The notes under the pieces: model-generated
Seen by the model: the letters and a program-made list of their open reading frames with translations, nothing else
Databases searched by the model: none
What the model was told of the DNA's origin: nothing
In this document: in pieces, positions 20,535 through 48,936 of the stretch
How the letters are laid out: every line of letters begins with the position of its first letter
Numbering within the stretch: the first letter of the stretch is position 1
Program-made: the position numbers and the translations under genes
Assembly: GCF_009914755.1 (NCBI RefSeq)
Contig: NC_060936.1
Reading direction: 5' to 3' (one strand)
Origin: the human T2T-CHM13v2.0 reference genome, Homo sapiens
Length of the DNA: 64,000 nucleotides

Positions 20535-20883
20535 CTGGAAGAAGAGCAAGACAACTGGTTATCAGCTACTTTAGATTCAGAAACATCACCCTTCAAACAC
20601 ATGGGGAAACCAGCCTCAGGCCCCTCCCACTGTGCTCAGCACAGGCTTCGTCTGGTGTCTTTGCAGCCCTCTTGGCAACTCTCCTGACACTCCACACCGC
20701 AGAGCCGTCACCTTCAGCCATAAACCCATCTATTCTACGGGAATAAAGACTGATGCCAACCTTAGATTGTGATAAAGAAAAGACCTAGATAGCTGTCAGG
20801 GGCTAGAAAAGCAGAGTAAGGCTGTGAGGTAGTGATCAATAGCAAGAAAGGTGGCTCAGAGAAATTAAGAAACTAGGGAATTA

Positions 20884-22015
<1,132 letters not shown>

Positions 22016-22575
22016 AGAGTTCTACCATGAGGAAAACAAAGCACACTTGACTTGGAATTGAGCACCCGTCAGAAGACCTCATTTGTGGCTCTGACACCGA
22101 CCAACTGCGTGAGCTATGTTGACTCACAGGCATCTCGGTCTTTCCATGAATGAAGTGAAAGGAAAACCCCTGCCCACTAGAAATGCTATGTGACGCTACA
22201 GGAGATGACATCTTGGGTCATGAGGCTCACAGACAGCATTTTTTTTTTTAATCAAGACATTTTCATAAAACTACTTAGCCACTCTAGCTGCTGGCATCTA
22301 GGACGGCTGTTGAGTGTAGCAGAAAAGTGGGCTTGAGTGCTACATTGAAGACCCTCCATGGACTTTAGGTAGTAACACATGAAGTAGTTAAGGAGCTCTT
22401 CTTAATGATTTTGCCTGGATTCAATAAGATTGAGTCACAATCTAAAAGATACATTTGTTTATCATTCTAGTGTCCTTTGCACTTAACTGCTGTCCCAGAT
22501 ACAAGTTGCAGTACAGCACTGGAGAGACTGTCAGGCTGGGCTGACCTTGATTTTGGTTGCTGTGGGACACATTAC

Positions 22576-22767
22576 CTTCCAGCCTGGCTTGGCAATGTGC
22601 TTAAAGTAGGGAAAGTGGTCCTCAATCCACGTATAGATGTCTTTCAAAGTCATGCGCTTCCTCTCAGTGCTGTTGATGGCGAATTGTATCATGGCCATGT
22701 AAGAGTAGGGTGGCCGCTCAGACACAGAGTTCTGCCAGGACGCTGATGGTCTCGAAGGCTCCTCAAC
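22576..22767 (-). CDS. FOXM1: FOXM1 exon 4 (N-terminal half of the forkhead domain, ERPPYSYMAMI...PGWK)
   Basis: CAG|GTT acceptor, AAG|GTAATG donor; 192 nt; forkhead signature RPPYSY. Confidence 0.97.
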
Positions 22768-23283
22768 CTGAGGGTTATGACACAGGGAATGACATGAAAG
22801 AGTTCATGAGAAGCACCCCCAACCCAAGCCCTTGAAGAACATCTAGAGAAACCTTTATCCCATAGGACGGTCTAGAAACAAACTCATCTGAGACCACTAT
22901 CTCATAGAATAAAATTTTAGAGTTGGGAAGAATCTTGGAGATGATCTAGCCTAGACCCTAGCCAATAAGAAACTGGTTTTGTCATCCATCATTTTGTTGA
23001 ATTTGGAGAAAATCCAGTCCCTTCCAGTTGAAATTTCTTAGGAAAGTTTGAGTATGTACTTTGATTCTCAAAGCATTGATGTTACACTAAAACCACGCCC
23101 ATTTTTCAGACTTTTGGGTCTAGAAACCTAGGTCTTAGTCCCATTTCTGTTCCTGATGTGCTGTGAATAAACGCATCTCATTTCAATGTTTGTATGAGAG
23201 AAACATTCTCAAGACTATGAGTCAGACAATGTCTGCAAAGCACACAGTTAGCTAAGTTTTAGGCAAAGAGCTGATCAATCACA

Positions 23284-25675
<2,392 letters not shown>

Positions 25676-26107
25676 TATATATACGTGTATATATATAACT
25701 GACTTTATCTGCTATTAATATTATATCTTCTAATAAAATTAACTTGTTGTATTCTATTCAATTCATACTGTTCATACTGTTGGGAAGCATCTTTAAAGTT
25801 CAGGTGGATTCCCAAAATGAAGACCTCTTAATCATTTCCTGAATACCTACTAAGGACAAAATACTAAACCCAGTGCTGGCTGGAATACAGAGTGACCAAG
25901 GGACTCTGCCCTCAAGGAAATTTCACAGATGGGAGAGAAAAGATCCCAGGCAGAAAAATAGCTCAAAAGTTATGCAGAATAGCATGAAGTGGAGAGCTAA
26001 TACCAGAACTTGGAAATTCTGGTCCATCAGGCCACTTGATCCATTTCCCTACCTAGGAATTCCCTACACTGGATCTGATTTCTTTAGTGAGGGACGGAAC
26101 AATTCAC

Positions 26108-26259
26108 CTTAACCTGTCGCTGCTCCAGGTGACAATTCTCCTTTTCCTCCATCTCTTGCTTGATGCTGCGGGAGCCCAGTCCATCAGAACTCATCTTTCG
26201 AAGCCACTGGATGTTGGATAGGCTATTGTTGATAGTGCAGCCTGCTGCCTCACCATCTG
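26108..26259 (-). CDS. FOXM1: FOXM1 exon 3 (ADGEAAGCTINNSLSNIQWL...EKEN...QVK)
   Basis: Tandem acceptor TAG|CAG; donor AAG|GTGAAT; 152 nt; contains a KEN motif. Confidence 0.95.
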
Positions 26260-26339
26260 CTAGAGGGAAAATAATCCAACACCCCACTTAGCTGCCTCAT
26301 CAGATGCCCAGGTGTGTCCATCAGAATTGGTGGCTAGCA

Positions 26340-30071
<3,732 letters not shown>

Positions 30072-30930
30072 TTTTGTTGATTTTAATAGATACATGGAAT
30101 ATTCTACCATTAAGCAAAATTGTGTAATTCTATTTCACGGAACTTTGGAAGACAGAGGAATTGGCTGTCTCTTTTTTAGGACACTTATTCTCTCCCTGAA
30201 AAGCAACTGCACTTTTTTGACATTTGTCATCTGCATAGAGTTCACAGGCCCTCCACACCTCTACCTTCAAATCTCAGTTTTACTTTCACCTCCGATCTTT
30301 CCAGGCTTCCCTCTCTCCCCGCATCAATCAGTAGATATTATTCCTCTTTTTCCACAGGATATCTAAGTCTTAATTTTCTCTTCTACTTCCTGACCAGCCC
30401 GTTATTATTATTGCCAACACTTTCTTGCCCGGGAAACTTCCAGAGTGGCTCCTCCGACCCATCCCCATCCTGAGCGGGGAAATCTTGCTACATTCTCAAG
30501 AACCAGGAAAAGGGCCCTGCAAAAGGGTAAGTAAGATGGAGGCGGTGTTGCCTAGTGGTGAGACAGCCTGGGAGCAGGGGAGTGTGTATGCAGGCTGGTC
30601 TTTGACTCAATGTAGTACAATCTCAGTCTTCATCTCAGCCACAGTCGGCCTAAGAAGGTAGGCCACCCCAGCCCTCCCGAGGCCGCGGGCAGGGTGCGGA
30701 GGTCAGACTTCCAGGGAAGGCCAAGGGGCGCTTTAAGCAGTGAGAAGGCCACGGCCAGGAGGTGGACGCAGAAAAAACTTGCACCCTGGCTCAGATTCTT
30801 CCCGTGTGACCCAAATCTCCACTCGTGGCCCGTGCCCTGCTGCTAGACGCCCTGACCTCCGCGCCCGGAGGCCTTGCTCCCCGCCTGTGCCCAGGCCAGG
30901 CCTGGGACTCCATTGCTGCATCCCGCTCAC

Positions 30931-31185
30931 CTCCAGACTGCAGTCGCCGCCGCCGTTAGGCCGTAGCTCCGAAGGCGGGCTCCGGGCTCCTCCAACCTGG
31001 GGGCCGAGCCAGGGCCCCGGACGGGGGCTCGCGCCGGACCGGCCGGGTCCCCGGCGGTGCGGGCGGGGTGGGAACCCCGGGGGATCCCGGGAGGGGAGGG
31101 GGTCCCGGGCCGGGGCCGGGGGTGGGGTCTGGCACCGGAGCTTTCAGTTTGTTCCGCTGTTTGAAATTGGCGCCGGCGGAGCGTT
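30931..31185 (-). other. FOXM1: FOXM1 non-coding exon 1 (5'UTR); TSS approximate
   Basis: Donor GAG|GTGAGC at 30930; GC-rich sequence inside the CpG island; matches the FOXM1 5'UTR as I recall it. Confidence 0.8.
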
Positions 31186-31214
31186 AAGGTCACGTGACGG
31201 AACGTCGCCAATCG

Positions 31215-31293
31215 GCGCCGGCCTTGTCTCGGCATTCCGGGCTCGAAGGCTGTGCGGTCTGCCAGGAGCTGCGGCCCCGTCCGGCCCGGGCTG
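31215..31293 (+). other. RHNO1: RHNO1 non-coding exon 1 (TSS approximate)
   Basis: Donor CTG|GTAAGG at 31294, immediately downstream of the promoter motifs. Confidence 0.7.
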
Positions 31294-31759
31294 GTAAGGC
31301 GGACCGCAGGCCGGCTTGTGGGGGAAGAAGTGGCCGTGGGGCCGGGGAGGGGCCGGAGGGGTCCCCGCCGCGTGGGTGGGCGAGCCGAGGGAGAGTTTGG
31401 GGACGCGCGGAAGCGGCGTGACAGGCCCGGGTCCCTGGGCCCGCTTTCCCTGCCGCGCTGGTCACGCCAGGCGACACGCCCCCGCTTCCCCTCAGGCTCC
31501 TCTGCTCCCCTTTTCAAAGCTCGGCTTTAGTTGATTTCCTCACTGGGGGAAATCGTACCCCATTTTCCCACAGTGAACGATCGTCTGCTCCCCCCGATTA
31601 GACTAAGTTCCTTTGAGGGCTGCGTATTATCTCCGCTTTCTTCCATCTTGAAAAAAAATGTCGGCACCATGAACCCTACCTCAGCGCGAAACCTGTCTTT
31701 TGCCCCTCCCGAAGCCAAGCCTTCGGATATAATAGACCGTAGTGCTTTATTTATTTACT

Positions 31760-39130
<7,371 letters not shown>

Positions 39131-39375
39131 ATGTTGAATATGAATATTGTGTTTTGCTTGGTGGTTGTAGGTATAGGAGGCTGTGCTCCCCAAAGCCTTG
39201 AAGTTTATGGTAGAATTGGCTGGCAGAGGATCAGGAAGAACTGGGGAATCATCTGAATTATTTGCTCCCAGCTTTTGTTTCTTCTCTACAGGCATGGGTT
39301 GGAATTGGAGCCTATCCCCCAACCCGAAGGCTAACAGCATCATGTGGTTACTAACTGTTCCTCATTCACCGGTTG

Positions 39376-39543
39376 ATGCCTCCCAGAAAAAAACGCCGCC
39401 AGCCTTCCCAGAAAGCCCCGCTGCTGTTCCACCAACAACCACTGGAGGGCCCCAAACACAGCTGTGCATCTACACAGCTTCCCATCACTCACACTCGACA
39501 GGTGCCCAGCAAGCCCATTGACCACAGCACCATCACTTCCTGG
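39376..39543 (+). CDS. RHNO1: RHNO1 exon 2 coding part (MPPRKKRRQ...TITSW). Exon begins at 39292.
   Basis: Acceptor TACAG| at 39291, ATG at 39376, donor TGG|GTAGGC at 39544; 168 nt. Confidence 0.93.
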
Positions 39544-39569
39544 GTAGGCCCATGGGATTACTATTTGAC

Positions 39570-41606
<2,037 letters not shown>

Positions 41607-41852
41607 TTATATCCATATGGTGTGATGAAGTGAAAGAGACATCGTCCCCTTTCCTACACATGAGGAAGCTGAAGGCCGGAGAGATGGAATAATTTGCCCA
41701 AAGCTTCCTGTTATTATGCCATTAGACAGTTATTTTAGTTTTGTGTTCATTACTACAGTAGACCCCGATTTAAGAGTCTGGTCATCAGATACAGTTTCCT
41801 CTCTTAGGTTAGTACTTAGTTAGGCTCACCTCACTTTTTTTTTTTTTTTAAG

Positions 41853-42401
41853 GTATCACCTGATTTTGATACAGCAGCAGGAAGCTTGTTCCCAGCCTAC
41901 CAGAAACACCAAAACCGGGCGAGACACTCAAGTCGAAAACCTACCACCTCCAAGTTTCCACATCTAACTTTTGAGAGTCCGCAATCTTCCAGTTCAGAGA
42001 CATTGGGGATCCCCTTAATCCGAGAGTGCCCCAGTGAATCAGAAAAGGATGTTTCCAGAAGACCCTTAGTTCCAGTGCTCAGTCCCCAAAGCTGTGGGAA
42101 CATGTCAGTGCAGGCACTTCAGAGCTTACCTTATGTGTTCATTCCACCTGATATCCAGACCCCAGAGTCATCATCTGTGAAGGAAGAACTCATTCCCCAA
42201 GATCAGAAGGAAAACAGCCTTCTAAGCTGCACTCTTCACACTGGCACTCCTAATAGCCCAGAGCCTGGACCTGTTCTGGTTAAAGACACCCCCGAGGACA
42301 AGTATGGAATAAAGGTCACATGGAGGAGACGACAGCACCTGCTTGCTTACCTCAGGGAGAGAGGGAAGCTGAGCAGAAGCCAATTCCTTGTGAAAAGCTG
42401 A
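41853..42401 (+). CDS. RHNO1: RHNO1 exon 3 coding part (VSPDFDTAAG...SQFLVKS*); RAD9-HUS1-RAD1 interacting nuclear orphan 1
   Basis: Poly-T tract and AAG|GTA acceptor; 549 nt; total 717 nt = 238 aa; the SWVSPDF motif is formed across the junction. Confidence 0.94.
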   Translation, partial: VSPDFDTAAGSLFPAYQKHQNRARHSSRKPTTSKFPHLTFESPQSSSSETLGIPLIRECPSESEKDVSRRPLVPVLSPQSCGNMSVQALQSLPYVFIPPDIQTPESSSVKEELIPQDQKENSLLSCTLHTGTPNSPEPGPVLVKDTPEDKYGIKVTWRRRQHLLAYLRERGKLSRSQFLVKS

Positions 42402-42778
<377 letters not shown>

Positions 42779-43286
42779 TGAACAGTTCAGTTTAGTGTCA
42801 TGAACTATTCACTTCATATTTTTCTTGTATTAACTGTTTAAATTTTTAAAATATCTTGTAGTAACTCTTTAAAATGTATGTAAGTAAATGGCTGCAGAAA
42901 GTTTTTTTAGAGAATCCTGCTTCCATCAGTAATACAGCAATATTACCCCATCCACTAATGGTCTTTGTTTCCTTAACCACTACTCATTAATCCTTAATCA
43001 CCTCATTCAAACTAATTCATTCTGCATTTTTGAGTACCAACTCTTGTCAGGCTCAGTGGCAGCTTCTACGACCTGATGGATGGAAAAAAATCAAACTCTG
43101 TGACTCTATGGTTGACTGCCACCTCTGCAACCTTGACTCATCTGCTGAAAAGGCAAGAAGAAGAAAGGGCAGCAAGCCCTGTTTTAGGGACTACATAAGA
43201 TGAGGGGAGATAAGGGGGACATAGATGAGTTCTTTAGGATTGCGTGTGTTTTGAGTTTTTGTTTCTAACTGAAGAAATCTGTCAAT

Positions 43287-43447
43287 ATTAAATAGGGTGG
43301 GAAAATGGTTTCTTAGAATAACTGTTCAACTGTGTGTAAATAAGGAAAGTTTTCAATGAGTATTACTTATTGTAATTAATGCAGAAGGACTTCCCCAGTC
43401 AACCGAATGTCTCGGCCTTTTACTCAGACAAGTAGCATCTCATTAAA
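43287..43447 (+). terminator. RHNO1: Candidate RHNO1 poly(A) signals (ATTAAA at 43287 and 43442)
   Basis: Variant hexamers about 0.9-1.0 kb past the stop; I saw no canonical AATAAA. Which one is used cannot be told from sequence. Confidence 0.4.
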
Positions 43448-43844
43448 CCCATTCATTTAGCATTCATTCAGCTGGACCTACTGTGTCAGGTCCAGCCCCA
43501 ACTAGATCAAGCAGGGATTACTGTATATTTTACAGATGGGAGTTTGATGCAGAGAATGAACCATGCACAGGTCACACAGTGAGTGCACGCTGACCCAGGC
43601 AGTGTAACGGTCCACTCTCAGCGTGTGCCTCCTAAAGTACTAACTTGTAGGTTCAAAACCAATGTGGGAACAACTTTGACCTTAGAACGCCATAAAGCCA
43701 TTTGTGCAGTGACTTGTCAGGACTCAGGATGTTTTGTAGGGACTATAATGTGCATGTCGGTAGGGAGAAAGGGACTGACATTTGGGGACGGGATTTATTG
43801 GAGACAAGAGTACACATTTAGACAGGGGCTCTCACGGTGGGCTA

Positions 43845-44171
<327 letters not shown>

Positions 44172-44349
44172 TCAAAAAATTAAAGTCTCTGGATTCCCTC
44201 GTGTGCTTTAGGGGAGTCTGTAGAGCAGGTCTAGGAATGACCTAAAAGCTTGGGCTGGAGTAGGGGAAGCTTAAGTTCTGTGCAGTTGAAGTTCAAGGCC
44301 AGCCTATGGAAGATGCGTTTCACTGGGAGTGACTGATGGAGTGGAGAGG

Positions 44350-45420
44350 GTACCAGAGGGGGTCCACGAAGGCCGCTGGTATCAGGGCAGGGGCCAGAAT
44401 GGGAAGCGGCAGAGGTCTGTACATCCTCACAGGGCAGACCTCGGGAAGCGCTCTGGGTGGGCTCGGTAAAAATGGCGGGGGTGCGAGGAGCCGTTGCGTG
44501 CGTGGCGGTTGGTGCGGTATAGGAGACTCCTCTGACCGGACTCGCCTGCTGGCCGCGCGGCGGGCGAGGCCCAGGCAAAAACAAAGTCTTCCCGCTCAGT
44601 ACCGGCCCCGCGAGGCGCTCCAGAGGACCAAGCCTTAGCTCGCGTCACCCCACCCCCGCGCAGGCGCGTTTAACTCCCGCTCGCCTCCCGCCCCTTAGCA
44701 ACCCTCCCGCATCGTTGGGCCCCGGCAATAGCCAATGAGACAGGAGCCACGAGAACACGGACCAATCGGCGGCGGCGACAGTGTGGAACGCGGTTGCCAG
44801 GAGGCGGGACGCGGCGGCGTGCCAGCCTAGCCACTCTAGCGACGGCGGGGAAGAGTGTGTACGTGGTGGGGGCTTCCTCGGTGGCGGGCATGGAGGCTTC
44901 GCGCTGCCGGCTCAGTCCCAGCGGCGACAGGTCAGACAGGGCCGTGGCAGGTCTCCTCCTGAGCGAGGCGGAGGGGCGAAGCGAGAAGGCGGAGGTCCTC
45001 TCCGGGAGCCCTGCGGGGAGAGGGCGGGACTCGGGACTTGGCGACTCAGGGAGGGACTGGTTTCGGCGGCGGGAGGCGACCCCCTCGCCCTACTCCCGTG
45101 TGGGGACCCCTTTCTCAAGTGGAGCGGCGGCACTACATCCCGCGCCGTGGGCAGAGACCTTTGGTTCAGGTCCCTGCTCAGGAACTTCTGGAGTTTTCGT
45201 GACGGGCTCCCTCGGCCCCTCTGGGCCTCGGGTTTCCCTCGGGGGAGAGGCGCTGGCCCCGCTCAGCTCCCACTGCCCGGCGGTGTCACAGCCGAGAAGG
45301 GACCCAGCCCCTCCCGGGAGGCGGTGCGGGTGATGTTTAGTAGCTTGTTCTGACGCCGCTGCTTCGGACGGGTAAAGCTGAATTCTGGAGCAGAGTCCAA
45401 GGAGCGGAAACGCGAAACTT
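44350..45420. promoter_or_regulatory. TULP3: CpG island / TULP3 promoter
   Basis: CpG-rich; YY1-like AAAATGGCGG 44469-44478; two CCAAT boxes at 44732 and 44762 (30 bp apart); RFX X-box-like motifs at 44690-44702 and 44793-44805. Confidence 0.85.
44890..44930 (+). CDS. TULP3: TULP3 coding exon 1 (MEASRCRLSPSGD-S)
   Basis: Strong Kozak context GGCATGG; donor CAG|GTCAGA; 41 nt, phase 2. Confidence 0.9.
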
Positions 45421-47739
45421 CTTTTTCCTCTCTGCTTTCCAGTGTTTGTCCCTGATTCGGGATGGTCTGACTGATTTGCCAGTGGGCCACACCCCTTGTT
45501 TGTGCGCCTCTTTCTCTGCCAGAGGGAGAGCCTCGGAAAAAAAAGGATCCAAAATCTCAGCGTGTCACTTTCTTGTTCGCTAGGTTAATGAGAAGTTAAT
45601 GGGAAGCCGTTTGAAATCATTGGTTAGAAACTTTGGCGTCATCTGAGGATTTAAGTCCTACACGCCAACTGTATACCCCGCTTTTTATTCCATTACCAAG
45701 ACAAAGATTTGGGGCCAGGCGCCTTGGAACACGTCTATTATCCCCAGCACTTTGGGAGGCCAAGGCAGGAGGATCGCTTGGTCTCAGGAGTTCGAGACCA
45801 GCCTGGACAAGATAGCGAGACCCCCATCTCTAGAAAAAAATAAAATAAAATAAAATAAATCAGTCAATCAATTAAAATTTGGCCGGACACGGTGGTGCGC
45901 GCCTGTAGTTCCAGCGACTCGAGAGACTGAGGAGGGAGGATTCCTTGAGCCCAGGAGTTCCAAACTCCTGTGTTGGGACACTGAGCTCGCTAGCCTGGGC
46001 AACGCAGTGACATCCTGTCACCTTAAAAAAAAAAATGATTTGACATGTAAGGATTTAGTTTGATATTTCCACTAGTAGATATTTAAACAATTTTAAACCA
46101 TTTTTAAAAATTGTCACAAAATTGTTGGGGGTAAAGAACATGTATTTTCCTTTTTCGTCAAGTTCTATTGAGGTGATAGCTGCACTCTGAAATTTGTTCA
46201 CTGTGCTTTTTTTTTTCCCAAGTCGAGGAAGAAAACTACATTTACAGGTGTAAGTGGTAGAGGAGATAAGGTTAGTATTCAGCATCTCTGGTTGAATTCA
46301 GAAAATATTTGTTCAGTTGTGGGCGCTCAGTTTTAATTCCATGAATTTAAAGTAGTAAATTTCATGAGTACCAGATGTTTGATATGACTCAGATTTTTGG
46401 GGGAAAAAAAACGGGATGCGGGATTGACTTTGAAATTGGGACCAAGAGGCTTTTCCTTCCTTTTTTTTTTCTGAGACGGAGTCTCTCTCTGGCGCCAGGC
46501 GGTAGTGCAGTGGTGCGATCTCGGCTCACTGCAGCCTCCGCTTCCCGGGTTCAAGTGATTCTCCTGCCTCAGCCTCCTGAGTAGCTGGGACTATAGGCAC
46601 GCGCCACCACGCCCAGCTAATTTTTGTATTTTTAGTAGAGACGGGGCTTCACCATGTTGGCCAAGATGGTCTCGATTTCTTGACCTCATGATCTCCCCAC
46701 CTCGGCCTCCCAAAGTGCTGGGATTACAGGCGTGAGCCACTGCGCCTGGCCCCCTCCTTGTTCTTCCGAAAGAAACTAGCTCTTTAAATTTTATTTTCTT
46801 TTCTTTTAATTTTAATTTTTTTTTTTTTTTTTGAGACAGGGTCTCACTCTGTCGCCCAGGCTAGGATGTGGTGGGCGATCCCAACTAATTTCAACCTCTT
46901 CCCCAGGTTAAGCGATCCTCCCACCTCAGCATCCCTAGTAGCTGGGACCACAGGTGCGTGGCACCACCTGGCTAATTTCTTGTATTTTTTGTAGAGGTGG
47001 GGTTTCGTCATGTTGCTCAGGCTGGTGTCGAAGTGAGCTCAAGTGATCTGCCTGCCTCGGCCTCCAAAACTTCTGGGATTACAGGCCTGAGCCACTGCAC
47101 TTGGCCCTAAATTGTAAAATTGACATCAAAGGGGAATGTGTGAGTCACCAAATGTTTCTCCTGCCCTCTGTAATGTTAGTGCAACTTCTGTCAGTGTTTA
47201 ACTCATTTGTTACTAAGAGGGAGTCTCTTGCTTTTTTCTCTTTTTGGGCTTCAGGTTGTGTGTTTAATGTGTTTTTTTTTTTTTTTTTTTTTCCAAACGG
47301 AGTTTCGCTCTCGTCGCCCGGGCTGGAGTGCAGTGGCGCCATCTTGGCTTACTTGCCTCCTGGGTTCCAGTGATTCTCCAGCCTCAGCCTCCTGAGTAGC
47401 TGGGATTACAGGCATGCGCCACCATGCCCGGCTAATTTTTATATTTTTAGTAGAGAGGGGGTTTCTCCATGTTGGTCAGGCTGGTCTTGAACTCCCGACC
47501 TCAGGGGATTCGCCCGCCTCGGCCTCCCAAAGTGCTGGGATTACAGGCGTGAGCCCCCCAACCCTGCCTGGCTGTTTAATGTTTTTGATGAAATACATTG
47601 ATAGAATTTTCTGTATTACTGCCTTTCAATGTAAGGATAACAACCAACTTTTAGGTTTTCTGTGTTTTTTTTTTTCTTGGAATTATGTAACTTTTATCAT
47701 GAAGCAGATTTATTTTCAACAAAATAGAGAAATTATTAA

Positions 47740-47937
<198 letters not shown>

Positions 47938-48370
47938 TGAAACAACACTCAGGACCTTTGTTGAGGCTAGGCATTTTATAATATAGATTCCCTGGAGATG
48001 ACGGGGGTTGGCTGGTGCTGGAACTTGAGCCCTATCTGGCCTTTTGTAAGTGATAGAGAATTGAGAATTGAAGGCGTGCTTCCCACTGTGGTGTGACCTT
48101 GTGAGCTGGAGTCATCTAAGAAATCCCAGTCGGTAGTTTGTCCATATACCATGATTTCTCTTTAGAAATATAAACAGTAGGCTGGGCATGGTGGCTCACA
48201 CTTGTAATCCCAGCACCATGGGAGGCCGAGATGGCGGGGGGGTGGGGCGGGGGGGGAATCACCTGAGGTCACGAGTTCAAGACCAGCCTGACCAACATGG
48301 AGAAACCCTATCTCTACTAAAAATGCAAAACTTAGCCAGGCATGGTGGCAGGTGCCTATAATCTTAGCTA

Positions 48371-48556
<186 letters not shown>

Positions 48557-48696
48557 CTAGGTGCAGTGGCTCATGCCTGTAATCCCAGTACTTTGGGAGG
48601 CGGAGGTGGGCAGATCACGAGGTCAGGAGTTCGAGACCAGCCCAACCAACATGGCGAAACCCTGTCTCTACTAAAAATACAAAAATTAGCCAGTTA

Positions 48697-48936
<240 letters not shown>

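Larger units (their letters stand above)
30660..31700. promoter_or_regulatory. CpG island / FOXM1-RHNO1 bidirectional promoter
   Basis: High CpG density; CHR TTTGAA 31160-31165, CCAAT(-) 31166-31170, E2F-like TTGGCGC 31167-31173, palindromic E-box GTCACGTGAC 31189-31198, CCAAT(+) 31208-31212; divergent first-exon donors at 30930(-) and 31294(+). Confidence 0.9.

Noticed and set aside
30733-31534. Several overlapping 65-196 aa Arg/Pro/Gly-rich ORFs
   Set aside because: Expected from stop-codon scarcity in a CpG island.
44781-45353. 179-190 aa ORFs running through TULP3 exon 1
   Set aside because: CpG-island artefacts; only 44890-44930 is coding, as shown by the donor and the frame match with exon 2.
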